A model generated the notes under the pieces. The model had not been told where the DNA came from. It made no database searches and saw only the letters and a program-made list of their open reading frames with translations. This document shows positions 47,343-56,881 of a stretch of DNA of 64,000 bases, one piece after another. Origin of the DNA: an uncultured Gammaproteobacteria bacterium (GTDB lineage: Bacteria > Pseudomonadota > Gammaproteobacteria > UBA9214); contig CAVYZN010000027.1 of NCBI GenBank assembly GCA_963773065.1, positions 64,001 to 128,000 on the forward strand, read 5' to 3'. Both the position numbers and the translations under genes were made by a program. Each line of letters starts with the position of its first letter. Position 1 is the first letter of the stretch.

Positions 47343-47466
47343 AGAATTACCTTGTTTGATAGAAGACTTCTCGACTAAGATGTCCCAGTAATTAAGTCCC
47401 AGTAATAATGTGTCCCGCAAAATTTGCGGAAAAACTAATCACCAATAAAGACCGCAGGGCGATGTC

Positions 47467-48357
47467 ATGCCGTTCGAAACAACAACAATAAAACAGGGAA
47501 AAATTCAAACGCAGTGTGTGTTCACATGCGCCGCGAAACAAGAACATAAAGAAAAGGCGGAAACCGGCCGTGAGCATTCGCCGCGGGTGAGTGGCGGGGG
47601 GCGGTTCAGTGCGCGTTGTGGGTGTGCGGCCTTCGCCCTGTTCGCCGCTGTCGTGTTCCCATGCCACGCGGCGCCTCTCAACGACACCGGCATCACCACC
47701 TGTTCCAACAACACCGCTAACGGCCTGCCATGTCCGCAGACGGATTTTCCCGGTCAGGATGCCGAGTATGGCCGCGATGCCGCCGCGGCGGCCGGCACCC
47801 TCACCAAGATCGGCGGCGGACGCGCTGGGTTCGACTTCACCAAGCTGGATGTCGACGGTAACGCACTACCAGCCTCGGCTACGGAGTGGTCATGCGTACG
47901 CGACAACGTCACCGGGCTGACCTGGGAAGTCAAGACCGCTGACGGCGGCCTGCGCGACCAGAACAATACCTACACTTGGTACAACCCCGATCCGAATACC
48001 AATGGTGGCGACGCCGGCACGCAAAACGGCGGGACATGTACCGGTGGTATCGCCTGCGACACCTATCATTATGCTCAGGCGGTGAACACAGCAGGTCTAT
48101 GCGGTGCGGGTGATTGGCGCTTACCATCGCAGGAGGAATTGATTTCCATCGTGGATTTTGGTATCCCTCACTCAGCGCCGCCTACCATTGACACCGCATA
48201 TTTCCCGTATACGCCAAGTTGGCTCTGGTGGTCGGCCTCTCCCAATGCTAGTGGTCCCGGCGGTGCGTGGGTCGTAAACTTCTTTAATGGCTCCGATGTG
48301 GTCGTAGAAACGTCTCTTGGTAACACACTCATTCGTCTCGTGCGCGGTGGACAGTGA
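47467..48357 (+). CDS. DUF1566 (Lcl/C-type-lectin-fold) exported protein
   Basis: LNDTGITTC, GQDAEYGRD, DNVTGLTWE, DWRLPSQEEL, IRLVRGGQ. Confidence 0.88.
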   Translation: MPFETTTIKQGKIQTQCVFTCAAKQEHKEKAETGREHSPRVSGGGRFSARCGCAAFALFAAVVFPCHAAPLNDTGITTCSNNTANGLPCPQTDFPGQDAEYGRDAAAAAGTLTKIGGGRAGFDFTKLDVDGNALPASATEWSCVRDNVTGLTWEVKTADGGLRDQNNTYTWYNPDPNTNGGDAGTQNGGTCTGGIACDTYHYAQAVNTAGLCGAGDWRLPSQEELISIVDFGIPHSAPPTIDTAYFPYTPSWLWWSASPNASGPGGAWVVNFFNGSDVVVETSLGNTLIRLVRGGQ

Positions 48358-48552
48358 ATTGATATACGGATTGGAGTGAGAAATATGCATGGATGGTGAC
48401 AGAGGTGTATTCGCGTAAATTGCAGATTGTATTCTCTCCTAGAAGGGCCATTACAAGAACAGGATGAAACGATGTCGGCTACATATCACTTGCAACTCGC
48501 AAACCTAAAACACGGAATTTTTCGCATACGCCGGTATGCAGGGGGTGCGATC

Positions 48553-50961
48553 GTGCAGCGCGTGATCACCGGATTGCTGCTTATCCTTCTGATGCTGACG
48601 GGCGAGTCCCAGGCACAGACCTGCAGCAGCAGTATTCCGCCAACGACGCCCACTAGCCGCTTCACCGATAACGGTGACGGTACGGTGACGGATAGCGCGA
48701 CCGGACTGATGTGGAAACAGTGCTCGGAAGGCCAGACAACGGCCGGTGCGGGCGGTTGCAGCGGCACGGCGTCGGCATTTACCTGGCAGCAAGCCTTGCA
48801 GCGGGCGCAACAGGTCAACGCGGGCGCGGCGGGCCAGCCGTTGGGTTATGCGGACTGGCGGGTGCCCAATATCAAGGAACTGATTTCCCTGGTGGAACGA
48901 GCCTGCACTTCCCCTGCCATTAACATAGGCCTGTTTCCACCCGTCCCCACATCGGAAGCGTTCGGGTTCTGGTCGGCTTCTCCCCAAGCCGACTTTCTCG
49001 GCGCCGCGTGGGTCATGTTCATCGGTCTTGGCGAATCCGGCTACGACAATGAATCCGTTGGCAATTACGTTCGTCTCGTGCGCGGCGGACAGTCTTTTTC
49101 GCCCCCGATAACTTCTCACTTCCGGCTGCCAACAAATCTAACTGATCAGACCGTTAATGTTTCATTTCCTATCACGATTGAAGCTCTGCTTTCTAACGGA
49201 CAAAGAGATACAAGTTTTAATGGTAAGGTCACGCTATCAACCAACTACTCATCCCATAAAGTTTTACCTAGTTCAATTGAACTTATAAACGGTGTTGCGA
49301 CGGTAGACGTTATAATTGACAGCGCTGGAACTGGTGCGAAGGTAATCGCGATGTATGGGTCGTTAAGCGGTAGTAGCAATGCATTTGATGTCGTGAATTC
49401 GGCGGCGGTACCTACGACCCTTTTTATTCAGTTGGTTGACCAAGCTGGGCAGCCGTTCATCAGCAATTCATTTTTAGATCTTAGTGATTCCGCCAACAAT
49501 TTTGAACATTATGAAAATTGGCCAAATAATCCCGGTAATGGAAGTTACGTTTACAAAAATTTAGATGCTGACCATTATACATTTCAGGCGATTTCGGGCG
49601 TAACTGGATTCGCTAGCGAGAAAATAACCATTGAAATAGCCACTGGCACGAGCCCACAAACACAAGTCGAAACAGTGAGGATGCGGGGTACAAGCAAGCC
49701 GCCGGTATTGCTGGTGCCGGGAATCATGGGTAGCACCATCGAAGGTATCGGACGATACAGTAACATGAATACCTACCCAGTTCTAAGTAAGAACCCTCCA
49801 ACACCAGCAAATGAGTTAAAGATTTTCAATAATTTTTTATGGTTGGCAGACGGTGGTTTTGATGATATCGCAACCGAACTAGAGACCGACTATACCGTCT
49901 ACGATGTACCCTGGGATTGGCGCGTCAGTCTTACCTGTCCCGAATTTACCTCCTGCCCGAATGCATGGAGGTTGTATCTAATGAAGGCGATTGATGATGC
50001 CAAGAAGGATCCGGAACATGACGGAATCATCAAATTCCAGAAAGTAGATATTGTGGCCCATAGCATGGGGGGGCTGCTTGTGCGGGCCTATATACAGAGT
50101 CCTGATTATAGAAATGATATCGATAAATTTGCCATGGTAGGCACACCTAACGAGGGCTCAGCAAAGGCTTATTATATGGCGGAAGGTGGTGACCCAGCTC
50201 GCGCAGATAGGATAGACGGCTGCACATTCCCAACTGATAAGCTAGGAATGAGTTGCTTTTACGCCAGGTCAACGGATGCGCTCTATAAGGCAATGAATTA
50301 CGGGCAAACACCGTTTGCTCAATATGAAAACTTTCTTACCGTACCCCCATATTATGTTATTACCACTAACTATGCAGTGGTGCCAGATCCGTCAAAACTG
50401 GTTCAGTTCTATGCCGAGAACGTGCCAACAGCACGCCAGCTACAAGCCACCTACAGTGTTTTAAAAACAAACAGCGGGACACCCCAAAAATTATTGGCAG
50501 AGCCTAACAAATTTCTGGAAGCGTTAAATTCTCAAAATTTGACTGATTACTATATTAATGAGTCTGATCCTAACCCGGACTCAAGAGTCAGGACAAAAAT
50601 ATTTATGTCAAATAATAATCTGACCTTGGAAATAATCAACGTTGCAGATCCTTTAATGTCATATCCAGAACAATATCATCCATACAAAGATGGCGTCCCA
50701 AGTGGTGAGGCCATAATGGATTACTTTGGAGATGGCACTGTGCTGGCGTGCTCTGCAGGCTTGCTTGGTGAACCAAGCTGCACGACCCGCTTGCTGTTTG
50801 GTGATATTCAATTGAATTGGGCTACGCTCCATATTGACTTCTTAAAGGGAAATGACAGTGAACACCTAGCGCTCATGAAGGCATTTAGTAAAGAGATTCA
50901 TGAGTTCTTGAATCGGGGAGGTAGCAATGAAAATGAGTTCGCATTTTCCTGTCCGCCCTGA
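48553..50961 (+). CDS. DUF1566 domain fused to beta-rich domains and an LCAT/lipase-like alpha/beta hydrolase
   Basis: RFTDNGDGTVTDSATGLMW, DWRVPNIKEL, VRLVRGGQ; later LVPGIMGS, AHSMGG, GTPNEGS, GDGTV. Confidence 0.82.
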   Translation: MQRVITGLLLILLMLTGESQAQTCSSSIPPTTPTSRFTDNGDGTVTDSATGLMWKQCSEGQTTAGAGGCSGTASAFTWQQALQRAQQVNAGAAGQPLGYADWRVPNIKELISLVERACTSPAINIGLFPPVPTSEAFGFWSASPQADFLGAAWVMFIGLGESGYDNESVGNYVRLVRGGQSFSPPITSHFRLPTNLTDQTVNVSFPITIEALLSNGQRDTSFNGKVTLSTNYSSHKVLPSSIELINGVATVDVIIDSAGTGAKVIAMYGSLSGSSNAFDVVNSAAVPTTLFIQLVDQAGQPFISNSFLDLSDSANNFEHYENWPNNPGNGSYVYKNLDADHYTFQAISGVTGFASEKITIEIATGTSPQTQVETVRMRGTSKPPVLLVPGIMGSTIEGIGRYSNMNTYPVLSKNPPTPANELKIFNNFLWLADGGFDDIATELETDYTVYDVPWDWRVSLTCPEFTSCPNAWRLYLMKAIDDAKKDPEHDGIIKFQKVDIVAHSMGGLLVRAYIQSPDYRNDIDKFAMVGTPNEGSAKAYYMAEGGDPARADRIDGCTFPTDKLGMSCFYARSTDALYKAMNYGQTPFAQYENFLTVPPYYVITTNYAVVPDPSKLVQFYAENVPTARQLQATYSVLKTNSGTPQKLLAEPNKFLEALNSQNLTDYYINESDPNPDSRVRTKIFMSNNNLTLEIINVADPLMSYPEQYHPYKDGVPSGEAIMDYFGDGTVLACSAGLLGEPSCTTRLLFGDIQLNWATLHIDFLKGNDSEHLALMKAFSKEIHEFLNRGGSNENEFAFSCPP

Positions 50962-52234
50962 TTGTCGTTTTTTAGGCAGAGTAGTCTGTGTTTTTTTCAT
51001 ACTAAGCCCATTAATTTCAAATGCCGCTCCATCACTATCGCTCTTCATACAAGGCAGAACACAGCCTTACTTAAGTCTCGTAAATGGAGGATCAATTGGC
51101 GTTAATCCGGTCACTAAGACACTGGAAAATTCGTTAGTAAATTCGGATATTGAGATTAAGGCTGACTTATCGAATATTCAGATGGTCAATCCTGCAGCGG
51201 GCACTTATAACGTAACATTGGCTGGAACCTCCGAAGACATAATCACTATATATGCCGCATATTCTGATGATATTAAAGGTGCCCACGAAGAACAGACTGC
51301 AATGGTCTTGCAGCATGGTAATCCCTTGTACTTCTCCGTTGTATATGATCCTCTGCAACAGCCTGCGCTACAGCTTATTTCGCCAGTAGCTCCACCTGCT
51401 TCGCCGAAAGCTGCTAATGTTGGTGGAACTGTTCAGCTTAGATGGCTTAGCCCATCCGACCCTACCATTACTGCGTATCGTGTTTATGGACGTCTCGAAG
51501 AAATTCCCAAGTTTTCTTTATTGGGTGAGACTCAGTCACTCTCCTTTGATACAGGCCATGTAGCGAGGAGTGGCGATGAAGGACAGCATTGGCAATATGT
51601 TGTAGTTGGAAAAAATGCGGCGAATAGGGAAAGTTTCTACTACATGCCAGTCAATAATCTCGTGCAAATGCTAGCGGTTTTTAGTGCCGCTCCAACCGAG
51701 GGTACTGTGCCTTTAAGTGTCTCATTCGAAGACTATTCTCAAGGCAGTCCGACTGCATGGGAATGGGACTTTGATGGTGATGAAATTGTAGACAGTACGG
51801 AACAGAACCCAACGCATACCTATACTCAAACAGGGAACTATGACGTCACGCTAAAAGTAACCGGTTCCTTAGGTATCTCTACCCGCTCAGAACAGGGTTA
51901 CATCACGATATTTGCGGATACTGTGGATACCGATGGGGATGGCGTTTTCGATGGAAGCGACAACTGCAGTCTGAAGGCCAATCCGACGCAGCTCGACAGC
52001 GACCACGATGGCTTCGGCAACCAGTGTGACTGTGATTTCAACCAGGACAATTTCTGCGGCGGCCCGGACTTCACGCTATTTATCGGCTGTTTCAATAAAC
52101 CAACGGGCGGTAATCCGGTCTGCGAGGCAGCGGACATGAACGGCGACGGTTTTGTCGGGGGGCCGGACTTCACCCTGTTTGTTGGCGGGTTCAATAAACC
52201 GCCGGGGCCATCCGGGCTGGCTGTGAAGAATTGA
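50927..52234 (+). CDS. Exported FN3-like + PKD + TSP3 repeat protein with C-terminal dockerin-like domain
   Basis: Signal peptide; VQLRW..YRVY; WEWDFDGD..NPTHTY..GNYDVTL; DTDGDG..DNC; twin DxNxD loops. Confidence 0.8.
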   Translation: MKMSSHFPVRPDCRFLGRVVCVFFILSPLISNAAPSLSLFIQGRTQPYLSLVNGGSIGVNPVTKTLENSLVNSDIEIKADLSNIQMVNPAAGTYNVTLAGTSEDIITIYAAYSDDIKGAHEEQTAMVLQHGNPLYFSVVYDPLQQPALQLISPVAPPASPKAANVGGTVQLRWLSPSDPTITAYRVYGRLEEIPKFSLLGETQSLSFDTGHVARSGDEGQHWQYVVVGKNAANRESFYYMPVNNLVQMLAVFSAAPTEGTVPLSVSFEDYSQGSPTAWEWDFDGDEIVDSTEQNPTHTYTQTGNYDVTLKVTGSLGISTRSEQGYITIFADTVDTDGDGVFDGSDNCSLKANPTQLDSDHDGFGNQCDCDFNQDNFCGGPDFTLFIGCFNKPTGGNPVCEAADMNGDGFVGGPDFTLFVGGFNKPPGPSGLAVKN

Positions 52235-52317
52235 AAAACTTGTCCGATGCGAGTCGGATTTAGGGGGCATTAAAAGCGGCCAGCATTTCTCACCGGGCGG
52301 CGACAGAACGACATTAA

Positions 52318-52427
52318 GGAAGGTCTGATTAAACCTGTCATTCCCGCGCAAGCGGGAATCTAGTCCATCCAAGATCAGTGGGTTACTGGATCCCCGCTTT
52401 CGCGGGGATGACCTGTTCAGAGTTGCT
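52318..52427. mobile_element. MITE/REP element with IS5-like ends, flanked by TTAA
   Basis: ttaa|ggaaggtctga...attcccgcgcaagcgggaat...tcagagttgct|ttaa; similar left part at 44376-44424. Confidence 0.55.
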
Positions 52428-52444
52428 TTAAGGGAGGAGCGTTT

Positions 52445-54388
52445 ATGGTCAGGCCACCCGAGTCAGGCGTCATCCCCGTCGTATATCCGTTAGGTTTTCC
52501 CAAAGCAAGTTTTTGCTCGTTGTCTTCAGCGTTACTCGCACTTGTGGTTGGCATTGCGAGCATATCGTGGACTGAGGTAACGGCAAATGAACAAACCCAA
52601 AAAACCACGAATCAAGCCGCGGATACAGTCGGCGGTCAGGGCGCGACATCGCTAAGACCGCGCTGGACACCGGCGAAACCCGCAAAGACCCTCCTCAAAC
52701 CATGGCAGGAACGAAACCGCGTCATTGTTAAGTTTGTCGAGGGCAGCGACATTAGATTGCGGCAAGAGAGCTTAGTAAGCCTCAAGGGTCGTGATATCGG
52801 ACGAGTCCGTGACGTGCTGGCCCGATATCGTATCGGCGCAAAGGAGCTTCGACGGTATTTCACCCGGTCTGAAGCATTGCTTAGCCAAGAGAAGCGCAGC
52901 GGCGAAGCGCGCAGCGGTCGTCAACTTGCCGATTTGAACTTGTATTTTGAACTTTCAGTCGCAGCGGACATCGACGTTGGCGCGTTATGCGACGACTTGA
53001 ATGCCCTGGATATTGTTGAACTCGCCGAACCGGCGCCAAGGCCGGCACCGCCGCCCGTGGACCTAGCCCCGCCGACTCCAGACTTTTCCTTCCTACAGAG
53101 TTATCGAGACGCACCACCCGGCATTGGTGTTAGCAATCTCAACATCAACGGCATAGACGGCAACGGCATTGCTTTTGTTGATATTGAATATAGCTGGCTG
53201 TTGAATCACGAAGATCTTGAATTGCCAAGTACGGCGAATATAGATACCGCAACAGCATCTGATCCCTTTTCGGACAGTAATCATGGTACCGCAGTGCTTG
53301 GCGAAATTGTCGGCGGTGATAACGGTTACGGAGTCGTAGGAATAGCGCCGGCGGCGTCGGCTTTTGTTGCACCGGCGAGTACCCTGGAGTATGGCTACAA
53401 TGTGGGACGGGCCGTCAATTTGGCTGCGACGTCTCTGAACTCTGGTGACGTGATACTAATCGAACAACAAGCGGCTGTATGTGGAGGGGTTTGTGATCAA
53501 ACGCAGGTCGGTTGTGGCCCAGTAGAGTGGAATCAATCTTTGTATGATGCGATCGCTAATGCAACTGCTAATGGTATTGTTGTCGTCGAAGCGGCCGGTA
53601 ACGGTAACGTGAACCTCGACGACTCCGCCTGCCTTTCACAATTTGATCCAGCGGTGCGCGACTCCGGAGCGATCATCGTCGGCGCGGGTTTCCCTGCTAC
53701 ACATGAAAAATTAAGCTTTTCAACTTACGGTAACCGCGTAGATGTCCAAGGGTGGGGGGAATTTGTGACCACTACCGGCTACGGCGACAAGTTCGATCCT
53801 GGTGATGCTCGCCAACGCTACACGACTAATTTTTCTGGAACATCGAGCGCGTCGCCCATGGTTACCGGTGCAGTCCTGGCCATTCAAGGAGTACGTAAAG
53901 CGGCTGGATTAACCCTGCTATCCCCGGACCAACTGCGCCAGTTACTCGTTGATACCGGTACCCCTCAAGCCGGCAGCACACACATCGGCCCGTTACCGAA
54001 TGTCAGCGCTGCGCTGGAACACGACAGCGATGGAGATGGTGCCGTAGATGTACTCGACAACTGTCCCGCGATCGCCAATGCGGGCCAGGGAGATACCGAT
54101 GGGGACGGTGTGGGTGATGCTTGCGATAACTGCCTGGCAGTGGCCAATGCGGATCAGCGCGATACCGATGGCGACGGTTACGGCAACCGTTGCGACTGTG
54201 ATTTCAACCAGGACAATTTCTGCGGTGGTCCGGACTTCACCCTGTTCATTGGCTGTTTCAATAAACCAACGGGCGGTAATCCGGTCTGCGAGGCAGCGGA
54301 CATGAATGGCGACGGTTTTGTCGGTGGACCCGATTTCACCCTGTTCGTTGGCGGGTTCAATGGCCCGCCAGGGCCATCCGGGCTGTGA
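52445..54388 (+). CDS. S8 subtilase + TSP3 repeats + dockerin-like domain (copy 1)
   Basis: VDIE (Asp), NHGTAVLG (His), AAGNG, GTSSASP (Ser); shared C-terminal tag. Confidence 0.9.
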   Translation: MVRPPESGVIPVVYPLGFPKASFCSLSSALLALVVGIASISWTEVTANEQTQKTTNQAADTVGGQGATSLRPRWTPAKPAKTLLKPWQERNRVIVKFVEGSDIRLRQESLVSLKGRDIGRVRDVLARYRIGAKELRRYFTRSEALLSQEKRSGEARSGRQLADLNLYFELSVAADIDVGALCDDLNALDIVELAEPAPRPAPPPVDLAPPTPDFSFLQSYRDAPPGIGVSNLNINGIDGNGIAFVDIEYSWLLNHEDLELPSTANIDTATASDPFSDSNHGTAVLGEIVGGDNGYGVVGIAPAASAFVAPASTLEYGYNVGRAVNLAATSLNSGDVILIEQQAAVCGGVCDQTQVGCGPVEWNQSLYDAIANATANGIVVVEAAGNGNVNLDDSACLSQFDPAVRDSGAIIVGAGFPATHEKLSFSTYGNRVDVQGWGEFVTTTGYGDKFDPGDARQRYTTNFSGTSSASPMVTGAVLAIQGVRKAAGLTLLSPDQLRQLLVDTGTPQAGSTHIGPLPNVSAALEHDSDGDGAVDVLDNCPAIANAGQGDTDGDGVGDACDNCLAVANADQRDTDGDGYGNRCDCDFNQDNFCGGPDFTLFIGCFNKPTGGNPVCEAADMNGDGFVGGPDFTLFVGGFNGPPGPSGL

Positions 54389-54636
54389 AAAATTGAATAT
54401 AGGTCCGAAGCAAGCATGATTTAAGGGGCATCAAAAGCAGCGGATTACGTAATTTCCTTTTTATAGACAGTGAGTAACAGCCCTCAATTCAATAACGGCA
54501 GTTCAATGATTCCGGCGGAGTCATGAACTTGACGAGATAATTTGTAAACTGTATTGTTGCGAAAATTAATAATAACGATAGTTGCAGTTCTTGAATTACG
54601 GAGATCCTACTAACCGAAGTAAGAGGATCTTCAATA

Positions 54637-55275
54637 ATGAACAAGTTCACTTGGTTTATCTTACGCCTTGTTGGTGGTGTCTGTGGGTGCATGTTCGCAG
54701 TTACCCAATCCCAGGCTGTAACCATTGGTCTCACACTCGGGAGCGACACGGATCCACTCACGGTAACTAACGGCGATACGATCACCTTCACGGTGGGAAT
54801 GACTCCCGTGGAGGCGATTACCGGCTATACGCTGGATATCCGCTATGATTCCACGGAGCTGGATTTTCAGACAGCCGCCCAGTTGGTACCTTTCTTCGGC
54901 GGTGCCTTTGTTCCACCTTTTAACCTAGACCCGGCATCGACGGCGGGCGATTCGGGCAGCACCGGTTTGGCAACTTCAGACAGCGGTCGGGCTTCCGTCT
55001 TGCAGGTGAGTGATTCGCAGCCTGTAGGGGATCTTTTCAGTCTGACGTTTACCGTGTTAACGCCTGTATCCGATGGTCTGGCAGATCTGACGGTCGGGCT
55101 GCTCAATTCCGGTGCGGATGATATCAACCCTGCAGTCGGGGGTGCCGCGTTCACCATCGATCCAGACACGGTCAGTGCATCGATCGGGGCCGTTCCTGTT
55201 CCTGCCGCCATCTGGCTTTTCGGTTCCGGTCTGATGGGGATGATTGGACTAGCCAGAAGCAAAAAAGCGGCTTAA
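54637..55275 (+). CDS. Cohesin-like protein with VPLPA/PEP-CTERM sorting signal (copy 1)
   Basis: Signal peptide; GDTITFTV..ITGYTLDIRYDSTEL..GDLFSLTFTV; VPVPAAIWLFGSGL-TM-RSKK. Confidence 0.78.
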   Translation: MNKFTWFILRLVGGVCGCMFAVTQSQAVTIGLTLGSDTDPLTVTNGDTITFTVGMTPVEAITGYTLDIRYDSTELDFQTAAQLVPFFGGAFVPPFNLDPASTAGDSGSTGLATSDSGRASVLQVSDSQPVGDLFSLTFTVLTPVSDGLADLTVGLLNSGADDINPAVGGAAFTIDPDTVSASIGAVPVPAAIWLFGSGLMGMIGLARSKKAA

Positions 55276-55378
55276 CAGCTTCAGACGTGATGACGTGATT
55301 GCGGCGGCCTGTCGGTCGCCGTATTCGTTTGGTGGTTGGTGGTGTTGCCCTGAGTTTGGCCGACCCTGTCACATTACC

Positions 55379-55702
55379 TCACAGCACCGCATCCAGTCCC
55401 TTGCGATCGATCAGATTGAGCAGCTTCAAGGACGGGCCGCTCGGCTTCTTGTCGCCTATCTCCCACTTCCGCACGGTCGACAGACTCGTGTTGAGCACGG
55501 CTGCCAGAACGGCCTGGCTTAGATGGAGGTTTTTCCGTAGCGCGCGGATCTTCGCGGCGTTGTATTCGGGAATGGGTTCCATGCACAGCGCGCCGTACTT
55601 CTGCATCTTGCGCTTGTCGATGAATCCGAGACGATGCAAGTCACTCGCCATCTCGTGGACGGCTTCGAGGATTCGGCTCTTGGCCTTACGTTTGGTGGTC
55701 AT
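55379..55702 (-). CDS. XRE/HigA-like HTH antitoxin; only a short 3' remnant of its toxin lies upstream
   Basis: KIRALRKNLHLSQAVLA..TVRKWEIGDKKPSG; upstream ALEDDSLQEICHD fragment. Confidence 0.85.
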   Translation of the reverse strand: MTTKRKAKSRILEAVHEMASDLHRLGFIDKRKMQKYGALCMEPIPEYNAAKIRALRKNLHLSQAVLAAVLNTSLSTVRKWEIGDKKPSGPSLKLLNLIDRKGLDAVL

Positions 55703-55860
55703 GGCAAATCTCCTGCAGCGAATCGTCTTCGAGCGCCTCACTCAACTGCCGAGCAGTGGACTTTACGGATAAGGGCTCTTATTCTTCTATACATACTGCG
55801 GTTTGTTAGTAGATACCGAAGACACATTGAGCCAGGCGAACCGTTAACGAGGACCACACC

Positions 55861-56109
55861 ATGACGACGTTGCAAGTCAAACTGGAGTTACCTGATCCCC
55901 TTGCCAAAGAGGCGGCGACCATGGGTTTGCTGGAACCACAGGCTTTACAAACACTGTTGCGCGAGGCGGTGCGTAATCGCCACATCGCACGGCTCGCGGA
56001 AGCGCGTCGCAAGATCGCTGAGGCGGGCATTCCGCCTATGACGATGGAAGAGATTCAAGCCGAGATCGAGGCTGTCCGCGCCGGGCGCCGCACAAAAAAT
56101 ACTGACTGA
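55861..56109 (+). CDS. Putative antitoxin
   Basis: 82 aa, MTMEEIQAEIEAVR; coupled to PIN gene. Confidence 0.7.
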   Translation: MTTLQVKLELPDPLAKEAATMGLLEPQALQTLLREAVRNRHIARLAEARRKIAEAGIPPMTMEEIQAEIEAVRAGRRTKNTD

Positions 56110-56528
56110 TGCGGCTGGTACTCGATACGAACATCGTCGCCTCGGGTCTCCTGTGGAACGGTGTGCCGGCACAATTGGTCGATGCGGCGCGGGCGGATGA
56201 AATAGAGATATTCACCAGTCGCATGTTGCTTGCCGAACTCACGCGCGTTTTGTGCCGCGCCAAGTTCGCCAAGGTAATCGCCGTGAGCGGTTTGTCGCTC
56301 GATGAGTTGATGCTTAGCTACGCCGAACTCGCTACCCTCGTTACACCCGAACCAATTCCCGCAACCGTCCTCAACGATCCCGATGACGATCACGTACTCG
56401 CCTGCGCGCTCGCAGCCAAGGCCGACCTCATCGTCTCCGGAGATCGACATCTGCTTACGCTAAAAAGTTTTCAGCAGATTCCGATCGTGACGGCGGCGGA
56501 AGCCGTGCGGATCACCAGCGGACGATAA
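56109..56528 (+). CDS. PIN-domain putative toxin
   Basis: LVLDTNIVASG, DPDDDHVLACA, IVSGDRHLL. Confidence 0.9.
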   Translation: MRLVLDTNIVASGLLWNGVPAQLVDAARADEIEIFTSRMLLAELTRVLCRAKFAKVIAVSGLSLDELMLSYAELATLVTPEPIPATVLNDPDDDHVLACALAAKADLIVSGDRHLLTLKSFQQIPIVTAAEAVRITSGR

Positions 56529-56609
56529 CCGTTTCTGGTCCCCCGGGTTACGTGAACTGTTCCGCCAGCGATGACTATCTCTTCGCCATGGCCCAGGCGC
56601 GCGAGGTGC

Positions 56610-56654
56610 TGGTAGGCAGCGCGGTGGCAGATTCATATCGACGAGCAGTTTCAT
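56610..56654 (-). pseudogene. Truncated DUF5615 PIN-like gene
   Basis: MKLLVDMNLPPR start overlapping the DUF433 stop, then similarity is lost. Confidence 0.55.
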
Positions 56655-56881
56655 GCATTGGCCAGCATGACCTCGCGTTCCTCGGCGCGCCATGCCGCGT
56701 AGCGAAGCGCTTGCATGATGTCCTCGCGTTCGAGGTAGGGATAGTCGGTGAGGATTTCATCGACGCTGCGTCCCGCTCCGATCTGGCCGACGATCATGCC
56801 AACCGTGAGGCGCATGCCACGGATGCACGCCTTGCCGCCCATCACGTCAGGCTGCTGGGTGATGCGATCCAATCGTCCCAT
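56651..56881 (-). CDS. DUF433 family protein
   Basis: RITQQPDVMGGKACIRGMRLTV..ILTDYPYLEREDI. Confidence 0.92.
   Translation of the reverse strand: MGRLDRITQQPDVMGGKACIRGMRLTVGMIVGQIGAGRSVDEILTDYPYLEREDIMQALRYAAWRAEEREVMLANA

Larger units (their letters stand above)
52431..55368 (+). repeat. ~2.9-kb duplicated unit (S8 + cohesin), copy 1
   Basis: Near-identical to 57203-60112 including intergenic DNA. Confidence 0.9.

Noticed and set aside
55759-55790. Chromosomal dif site
   Set aside because: Only the ATAA-N6-TTAT core matches; XerC/XerD arms are poor and the second copy is degenerate
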